Position numbers and translations under genes: made by a program
From: Candidatus Undinarchaeota archaeon
GTDB taxonomy: Archaea > SpSt-1190
Length of the DNA stretch: 22,977 nucleotides
Assembly: GCA_964449215.1 (NCBI GenBank)
Contig: CAYVAH010000009.1
Coordinates: forward strand, 1 to 22,977
Direction: 5' to 3'
The notes under the pieces: generated by a model
What the model was told of the DNA's origin: nothing
The model's database searches: none
The model's input: only the letters and a program-made list of their open reading frames with translations
Shown here: positions 17,101 to 22,977 of the stretch, one piece after another
How positions within the stretch are numbered: position 1 is the stretch's first letter
Layout of the letters: each line of letters starts with the position of its first letter

Positions 17101-20100
17101 ACCTAGGAAGTATGCCCTACAAGAGTCGATGTCATAACTACAATCGCCGAGCTGACACTGCTCCCATGTCAGACTGTTGTAGTCTTCTGCCAGCATAGTT
17201 CCGAAAAAGGCTCCCACAGCATCACCATCAACACATCTGTAACCACCACATATCGGGTTATCGTTAGTATCTCCCTGCTGTGGGGGGAAATTAGCACAGT
17301 CGGAATCACTCATACAAGCATCTGCAATCTCACAGAGGTCCTTTGATTCTACTACTAAGATGCTATCAAGGGAGTAGTCTGATGGGAAATTATAGGAACC
17401 TTCACTTTCCGTTCCTAACATAAAGCCGTAATTAAACTCCATATACGTGTCAGAACCGATAGTACCCATCTCCGCCTCCGATGGAATCACCCTTATGGGA
17501 CTACCCCCGGCAGTGCAGAACATCCACCCCTGACGGTCAGCTCTGTAGTCAATATCGCTCTCATAGAAATCCACACTCGACTGCCCACCTCTTCCATATC
17601 TGGTGGAACCTATTATTAGTGGATAGGAGTTGCTATCAAAATAAAGGGTGCACTTCCCTATTCTATCACAGTGGGGCTTGAAAGGCAAGACAAAACACAC
17701 ATCATATGATTCGCAGGTGGAAAGGGACTGCACTTCCATCCCAGACCTATCTTTGAAAACTATATGTGGTTCATATTCACTCCTGGGTTGACACCATTCC
17801 GTACACATTACACCACCTGCAGTTTCCCAGTCACACGCAGGGTCGGCACCACACGACTCGAAACAAGTCTTATTTTCACCATACACGGAAAATGCCATAA
17901 CACCACAATAGTCTTCCCTGCTGTCTTCAAGCCGCGGTATATAATCTGCAGATTTGCTACATTCTGCATTTATAGACACCCCTGAAGGAGCTTCGCAGCA
18001 GTCCCTGCAATTCGTATAATTTTCCCCTGACATATCGTCACATCCAGCGTATTCCTCGGAAGGAAAATCACTCCCCAAAGAAAACATCGAACCAGAAACA
18101 CTCACCCCCCTCCTATCAACACTCCACTTACAGGTGTATTCACATCCACTGGTGCATGCCAGACTCCCCTTCTCCTTCTCATCACAAGCAATCTTGTACG
18201 GTTTAGCCCCTGCAGTAAACTCATCATCATAGACCAGCACGTCTTCTATATAGTCCCCAGCATAACAAACCTGGCTACTCGTGGATTTTTCTATTGCAGC
18301 ACAGCGCCCAGGACTCGAATCCCCAAAGAAATAATAAGCAGCGGAGTCACCAACAATATATTTTTCAGTTATATTACAGATACCCAAACAGTCATTTGAT
18401 GAGTAACAGCTTTGCCCAACATCGTCATACAGCAGATTCATAGAAACGAGATCATCGCGATTGTAACTCCTATCATCGACACCATAAACCACGTGAACAT
18501 CACCGGAACAAGAAGAGTCAATAATACAAGAGTTCGGTCCTGAACCAAGTGAATTCACACATGTATCAACGATAACGGACCTATCAAGGCTATCACTATT
18601 GAATGTGCACGCAGAACTTCCGTCACATTCGCCTCCCGGTGGATATGCGAGCTCGAGGTCACCACCGAGAGCAGCACAGCCCATACCACTGAGGTAGTAA
18701 TAAATTCCTCCAATAGTCCTCGGCCACTTTGGCATTTCGAAGTTCAAGGTCAACCCCACTTCATCATATAGGGGTAAGGGTTCAGAGGGAATCCTCATTT
18801 CATAGCTCTGAACATCCAATGGTGTGAGAGGAACCCAGAAGAAATTCCCGTCATTCACACACATCCACCGGTCCCCCATAAGTTTCTTCACCCGTACACC
18901 ACCGTCAAAGGTCTCTACGCTCTCATCTGGGAAGAGCTCAAGGATGGCATCCGCGGAATTTGCATGGCACTCGTGTGTTGAATGTGAGCAGCTTATGCGG
19001 ACCTTGCGGAAAGATGCACCGAAGGGCACACTGACATCGAAACGGTCCGTTATACCCTCGTTGGTTATCACCCTTATACGAATACCGTCAATAGACACTC
19101 CATCCCGGGAACAGCTTGCCGTATCCGCTTCAGGAGGGAAAGAACAGCTTATGTCGGTTCCATACTTGACAAAGTGACCATCCTGTCCCAAGTATGAAAT
19201 CGAAAACTCTCCCCCATTCACCGAGGAAAACTCCTCGACTTCTAGAACCGTGCTTTCCTCATCGGTTCCCCCAAACCTGTCGAAAAGCAGAGTGCAGAGC
19301 TTCACTTCATTATCCTGATTGCCCAGACAGACCCCACGCTCTGCCGAATAGACATCCATGGTCAATGGATCCGTCCCAGTTATCTCGACATCAACAACTT
19401 TTTTCCCACCCCTACAGGCGTCCAAGGGATCATCAGGGCAGACTGTGTAGTAAGACCCAATAGAAAGCGTGACGGTATCCCCAGAAACGGTCCAAGTATT
19501 TTCTCCTATTATGAAGTAGCTGTCAGCCTCTTGGTCAAATACTGAACCGGAATAGGTACATATTCCAGAGTCACACTCCACATGTCCATTGGGATTCCTA
19601 CTGGTAGCACTGTAATATACAATCTTATCGAAGTCTGCGTGGACATAGAAAGACTTATTCAAACTGATGTCCTCTGCAATCCAGTAGCCTCCACACGCTG
19701 AACATGTTCCCGTATAGGTATCATTTTTATCCATCGGTGACCCAGATGCTGGCTCCCAAGTTGTTTCATCAGAACAGTCAACATCACCAGAACAGACACC
19801 GGTTTCGCTGCCGAATGGAATCACGCATACCCCAAAGCAATCTGAGTTGTCATTACACTTCACACCTCCATCATCTACTTCAAATTCAAGTGAATAGGTC
19901 CACAAACCGCTACCCCCGAGCTCATTGGCAGGACCATGAATGGAACATTCTAGCTCGAATTTCTTTGATGCCATGTCTTCTTTTGAGACGTCCTCAAGGG
20001 ACACCACTCCCCTGCTGATATCACTCAGGGGCATAGCACCAATACTGGAAACAACCGAAAGCTCATCATGGAGGGCGCATGTCAGTGAATACTTACTTTC

Positions 20101-22977
20101 ATCAATATTCAAAGGAAACCAGTATTCTGGGGGTGTGGCGTTGTATCTCAAAGCATAGTAAAAGTGGTAGGTGGGAGGATCTGTGGGTTCAATATAATAT
20201 TCTACAACTCCAGGGGTGAAGCTGCTAGTTACCGGATCCAGCGGAACGGGACTCCTCGAGGCCTCATCTATATATATCTCTGGAACCTGCCTGAACCCAC
20301 CATTCTCACAGCTATATCTGTATTTCCTATTGTTTATCGTCAGGTCCACAGAATCGCCCACCAGAATCTTATTTCCTTCGTAGCACTGGGCATCAACCTG
20401 AATACCTGGAGCATACACAACACAATCACCAACTTGCCCGGAAGCAGAAGACACACACTCAAGATAGTCAGGGATCTTCGTTACCTCCCCTGAAACTATA
20501 CTTATGTTCCCTCTTATCAAATCCAGCGAGAAACCCGAATCAGTCCTAATTGCCAGACCAACCTTTTGTTCATCACATATTATTGAAGCTGTATCACTTT
20601 CGAAGCTGGCAGTGCATGTCGTGGTACCCCCTTCCAAACCTTCGGAAAGAGCAAACGAAAGAGTAACACCATCATAGTTCACATCGGAAATACTTTCTGC
20701 ACTTGGTCCCTCATCATAGCAGTGTCCCTCAAGAGCAAGAATGCTCGCACTACCCAAGAAGGGGGCATCCCTGTCCGCCCAGTTCAAAGGATTGGGGGAT
20801 GTCGGCAGCGGGCACTGTGCACGGAAATTGTCCGGGTCAAACTTGTTGGTCCATTCTCCCCCCTGACACACATATTCTTTGGAACCGAGGGTAGCGGCAC
20901 ACCCCTCACCAACATTGGCAATCTCTTCATATGGGAACGTCTCCGGCCCCTGGCAATATGCCCCGGTTTCACCGCCCGATGCACATGACTCCCCCTCATA
21001 TAGGTCCTGGGTACAAACAATTTCATCACCAGCACCCGATACACCAACAAGGTAAGGATAATAATACTGCCCTTCAAATTCCGAGGCGCTCATCCACCTC
21101 CCCGATACACAGAAATAGTATGAACTCAGTGCCTCCTCCAGCCTACAGATACGACTTGTCTCACATTCCACATAGGAGCCGTCAGGACACGGATAACCCT
21201 GCAAAATACAGGCTCCCCCTGGACATATTGCTTCAGCTTCCAGAATATTCACGGGGTCTTCTGTAGCTATCGGACTATCCCGAATCCAGAAGCCCTTATT
21301 GGAATTGGCAAAGCAAGTGTAGTAGGAGTCGCCCATATCAACAAACCGGCATGACTGATCAGTTCCGACACACTTTTCCACCTGGCCACCGCCATCACAG
21401 AGATAACCCACACCATCATCGTCGACAAAGTCTCCAATACCTCCTGAATCCCCCCAGCCGTCCGTTGCCCAAACCCATCCGTTATCGTAGATGCATGTGT
21501 ATTCTGAAGAGTCCCCCACGGTCGCTGCTTCATACCTCTCACAGGCATTCCCGGGCAAGCAGGCTACAGCTCCACCGGCAGCACCCATTACACAGATATA
21601 ACCGGTCTTGCCCGGGTCGCTGGAAAGCCTATCGTAGAACGGCCCGTAATTACCGGTGGCCGGACCCGCTTTGAAAACAGGGTCACTACTGTAGTGATAT
21701 GCACAGAAATACCTTGTAGAGTCTATGTCGTAATAGTCACAGAGCGTATTGTCATTGCATTCTACCTTTGTTGAACTTACCGAACAACTCACGGAACACT
21801 TGCAAAGGATGTTCGAATTGTCTTTCGCATATCCATCCGAGCTTCCCTGCCTCCACAGGTAGTCCCCTTCATCATCCTGGAAGCAGAAGTAGTGGCCATT
21901 GCTGTCACCTTTGTATTTACAGATATCTTCAGAACTGCACGAAACTTCCTCCTCCCTAACAATATCACAGAGCTCGCCGGCAGGAGTCAAATAGTAATCT
22001 CCACCCGCAACTTGCCATTTATCTCCTGTGCAGACATATTTTGTGCCATTTATCTCCTCTACGCTACATAGGTGATCAGAATCACAGGGTGCCTTCCCGG
22101 AACTCGCACACACCACCGTATTGCCAGACCCATCATCAAAAGCATATGTGGCATCCGAACTGCCCACTTCTACCCACTTCCAGTTGCCATCGCTATCGCG
22201 GATACACATCACCACAGAAGTGCTATCTTGGGAATCGGTCTTGATGGTGCACGCCCTACCTGAATTGCACTCCACCGGACTTCCGCTTTCGCAGACATAC
22301 CAGGTGGAACTATCTTCAGAGCTGTATTCGAAAACCCGGGTCCCTATGCCCTCAGTCCATTTCCAACCGTCAGAATAGGTGCAGGTCATTTCCTTGCCAT
22401 CCTCGTCAATCTGGTGGCACATTTCTCCCTCAGATGAACAGGAAAAAGCTTTACAGGCAGAACTGCAATATGTAGAACCATCTTGACTGAAAGTTTCAGG
22501 AAGTTGCTCATCACACTCGCTATCCGCACCACAAGCCTCTTCACATGTCATGTCTTCTGAATCAAGGGGGCACCACGACCCGTCGAAACCCTGAGCTGTT
22601 GAACATGCTAGCAAATAATTGTAGTAAACTGAAACATCAGTATCATTGCACTCCAAGAAGTCTCCTGCAGTACCATATTTGCCAAAAATCCAACTCGTCT
22701 TAACGGGTGCATCTGTAGCACATTTAACACATAGTTTGTGAGTGACGTCCCAGACACCGATCTTATTGCTGGAGTCGCAATAATCAAACACGCCAGAGTC
22801 ATAATATACGCAACTCCCGCCTACTGCATCATCAAAAGTGCCACCAAACCGGGCGAACGGACTATATATTCTTACCCACGAGTCACCATATTTATCCCTG
22901 CAGGGGTAATCTACATGTTCATCAATCTCGTATGAACCATTATAGACCATACGCTCGGCATTAACATTCTGTGTGTC
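14152..22977 (-). CDS. Giant acidic cysteine-rich cell-surface protein, 5'-truncated by the window (at least 2941 aa)
   Basis: The frame has no stop from 22977 to TAA 14154-14152 (DTQNVNAER precedes the Met at 22950). Rich in C/D/S/G/Y/T with many N-x-S/T sequons; beta-rich Ig-like C-terminal domains, a helical stalk, and a terminal TM helix YTFAIFGVLLVAAGIVLYLK (14214-14155). Confidence 0.92.
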   Translation of the reverse strand, partial: DTQNVNAERMVYNGSYEIDEHVDYPCRDKYGDSWVRIYSPFARFGGTFDDAVGGSCVYYDSGVFDYCDSSNKIGVWDVTHKLCVKCATDAPVKTSWIFGKYGTAGDFLECNDTDVSVYYNYLLACSTAQGFDGSWCPLDSEDMTCEEACGADSECDEQLPETFSQDGSTYCSSACKAFSCSSEGEMCHQIDEDGKEMTCTYSDGWKWTEGIGTRVFEYSSEDSSTWYVCESGSPVECNSGRACTIKTDSQDSTSVVMCIRDSDGNWKWVEVGSSDATYAFDDGSGNTVVCASSGKAPCDSDHLCSVEEINGTKYVCTGDKWQVAGGDYYLTPAGELCDIVREEEVSCSSEDICKYKGDSNGHYFCFQDDEGDYLWRQGSSDGYAKDNSNILCKCSVSCSVSSTKVECNDNTLCDYYDIDSTRYFCAYHYSSDPVFKAGPATGNYGPFYDRLSSDPGKTGYICVMGAAGGAVACLPGNACERYEAATVGDSSEYTCIYDNGWVWATDGWGDSGGIGDFVDDDGVGYLCDGGGQVEKCVGTDQSCRFVDMGDSYYTCFANSNKGFWIRDSPIATEDPVNILEAEAICPGGACILQGYPCPDGSYVECETSRICRLEEALSSYYFCVSGRWMSASEFEGQYYYPYLVGVSGAGDEIVCTQDLYEGESCASGGETGAYCQGPETFPYEEIANVGEGCAATLGSKEYVCQGGEWTNKFDPDNFRAQCPLPTSPNPLNWADRDAPFLGSASILALEGHCYDEGPSAESISDVNYDGVTLSFALSEGLEGGTTTCTASFESDTASIICDEQKVGLAIRTDSGFSLDLIRGNISIVSGEVTKIPDYLECVSSASGQVGDCVVYAPGIQVDAQCYEGNKILVGDSVDLTINNRKYRYSCENGGFRQVPEIYIDEASRSPVPLDPVTSSFTPGVVEYYIEPTDPPTYHFYYALRYNATPPEYWFPLNIDESKYSLTCALHDELSVVSSIGAMPLSDISRGVVSLEDVSKEDMASKKFELECSIHGPANELGGSGLWTYSLEFEVDDGGVKCNDNSDCFGVCVIPFGSETGVCSGDVDCSDETTWEPASGSPMDKNDTYTGTCSACGGYWIAEDISLNKSFYVHADFDKIVYYSATSRNPNGHVECDSGICTYSGSVFDQEADSYFIIGENTWTVSGDTVTLSIGSYYTVCPDDPLDACRGGKKVVDVEITGTDPLTMDVYSAERGVCLGNQDNEVKLCTLLFDRFGGTDEESTVLEVEEFSSVNGGEFSISYLGQDGHFVKYGTDISCSFPPEADTASCSRDGVSIDGIRIRVITNEGITDRFDVSVPFGASFRKVRISCSHSTHECHANSADAILELFPDESVETFDGGVRVKKLMGDRWMCVNDGNFFWVPLTPLDVQSYEMRIPSEPLPLYDEVGLTLNFEMPKWPRTIGGIYYYLSGMGCAALGGDLELAYPPGGECDGSSACTFNSDSLDRSVIVDTCVNSLGSGPNSCIIDSSCSGDVHVVYGVDDRSYNRDDLVSMNLLYDDVGQSCYSSNDCLGICNITEKYIVGDSAAYYFFGDSSPGRCAAIEKSTSSQVCYAGDYIEDVLVYDDEFTAGAKPYKIACDEKEKGSLACTSGCEYTCKWSVDRRGVSVSGSMFSLGSDFPSEEYAGCDDMSGENYTNCRDCCEAPSGVSINAECSKSADYIPRLEDSREDYCGVMAFSVYGENKTCFESCGADPACDWETAGGVMCTEWCQPRSEYEPHIVFKDRSGMEVQSLSTCESYDVCFVLPFKPHCDRIGKCTLYFDSNSYPLIIGSTRYGRGGQSSVDFYESDIDYRADRQGWMFCTAGGSPIRVIPSEAEMGTIGSDTYMEFNYGFMLGTESEGSYNFPSDYSLDSILVVESKDLCEIADACMSDSDCANFPPQQGDTNDNPICGGYRCVDGDAVGAFFGTMLAEDYNSLTWEQCQLGDCSYDIDSCRAYFLGLDITDDTFTLSGLGAITDISVTVGGVSKDFKLMDPISSAYQGVPSVNGSIFWGPYLLDSVIGPPVIPGSIIGSSSYLFTTLKDSSGNEVTSVAELNFPSTPTKCHSVGLLSTGNLEDTSIQTFNGDEFACYYNDSCLTYGANADPTANGGYGEVSTCLSISGKRRIDLNNFGGSSNYNLVGLCTNTCGNDLCEPGLNEDPDNCRDCCSEYATGLEDTICYSHCDAPPQCDGVGLGTIIDGGMCGIRSGLCQYITDYTEVEEVTMPGVPVINGTCHGEAPNLFCEFWINYTDSPVIGFDLDEGMWSNLQDIPPEFSFLKNVSISLHDTVVETAGVEILPEAMVTVPVNLGRPYGPRILKYSVRQMNRLPTDVTVTIHTIYGTKMTVSKATSRGCYYRSGSGDICEGSPVSVAVMFSANSSEGPVSLEAYCSVDSISESITLQYDEQMSQTYGRYVASGVFEFDPSSMKVGKHTVTCSASVPYFYGSQASVSLPVFGHITGVEASVPTEMVPGSSYSPYITKVVDERGQVIPFYTYSWELKQGEISVLLGQTDVVEVPYNFKEGEAELVLKLYADYYDSLTKSFPVTIKVPKQISSSVSPGVVYVPLSGSPNVRVKLLLSNSGPTINVSLKYSAPKELAVMLPLKQVTVEGFNIDEVPVTIAVPQSYSDTDYVVSFQAYVSGKLQDGVSLRLVQTQQPVYEFDLYPLEQELGLVYDTVTGNVTLTNVGNMRDSYVVKSGMDVSEYDFTLEPGDFKELGVSASRPGDYSLCVRSVTLLDREPRCVSVSVERKEVTPTLAGSDREIMLDPSAGASILLNLTTAQFSGTYVIEFDTNLTIQPYERAFEEGTSTMISVPFNTKKSGVYYVKARAYPKPYPDKSGSTEFYVTVTLPTPYEVRALLEAAESSGVTDVGVLKSIAAAKKLVEEGSFEEARSLLEKVSDQIERIQKVESYRASAKLMRPSRSYTFAIFGVLLVAAGIVLYLK
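20845..22446 (-). repeat. 8-9 degenerate tandem Cys-rich protein repeats (~50-65 aa)
   Basis: Units begin FSCSSEGEMC, VECNSGRAC, APCDSDHLC, VSCSSEDIC, VECNDNTLC, VACLPGNAC, EKCVGTDQSC, VECETSRIC. Each is followed by a (Y)-x-C motif, usually a Trp 4-10 residues later, and a further Cys. Confidence 0.8.

Noticed and set aside
14152..22977. Diversity-generating retroelement target or intein within the giant ORF
   Set aside because: No near-identical template/variable repeat pair, reverse transcriptase or intein splice motifs were seen in the window.

Overview
Gene-dense archaeal chromosomal window. The Glu/Lys/Arg-rich proteins, compact genes and broken operons suggest a streamlined, possibly thermophilic, DPANN-like archaeon; this taxonomy is inference only. 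It encodes RNA polymerase subunit Rpo5/RpoH with an unusual N-terminal SAP-like extension, ProRS, SepF, a divergent UDP-GlcNAc 2-epimerase (WecB-like), a HerA/FtsK-family ATPase with a C-terminal wHTH-containing module, a Nudix-fold protein, ArgRS, IleRS, SRP54, three hypothetical membrane proteins and one soluble hypothetical. It also holds the 3' ~8.8 kb of a giant (at least 2941 aa, open at the window edge) acidic, Cys-rich, C-terminally anchored surface protein with several nested repeat families. Not in the ORF track: a canonical box C/D guide sRNA directly after the ileS stop codon, and a TATA-like box ending 20-21 nt before most start codons (often GTG). That spacing implies leaderless transcripts and revises several start sites. 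No CRISPR array, tRNA, rRNA or mobile element was recognised.
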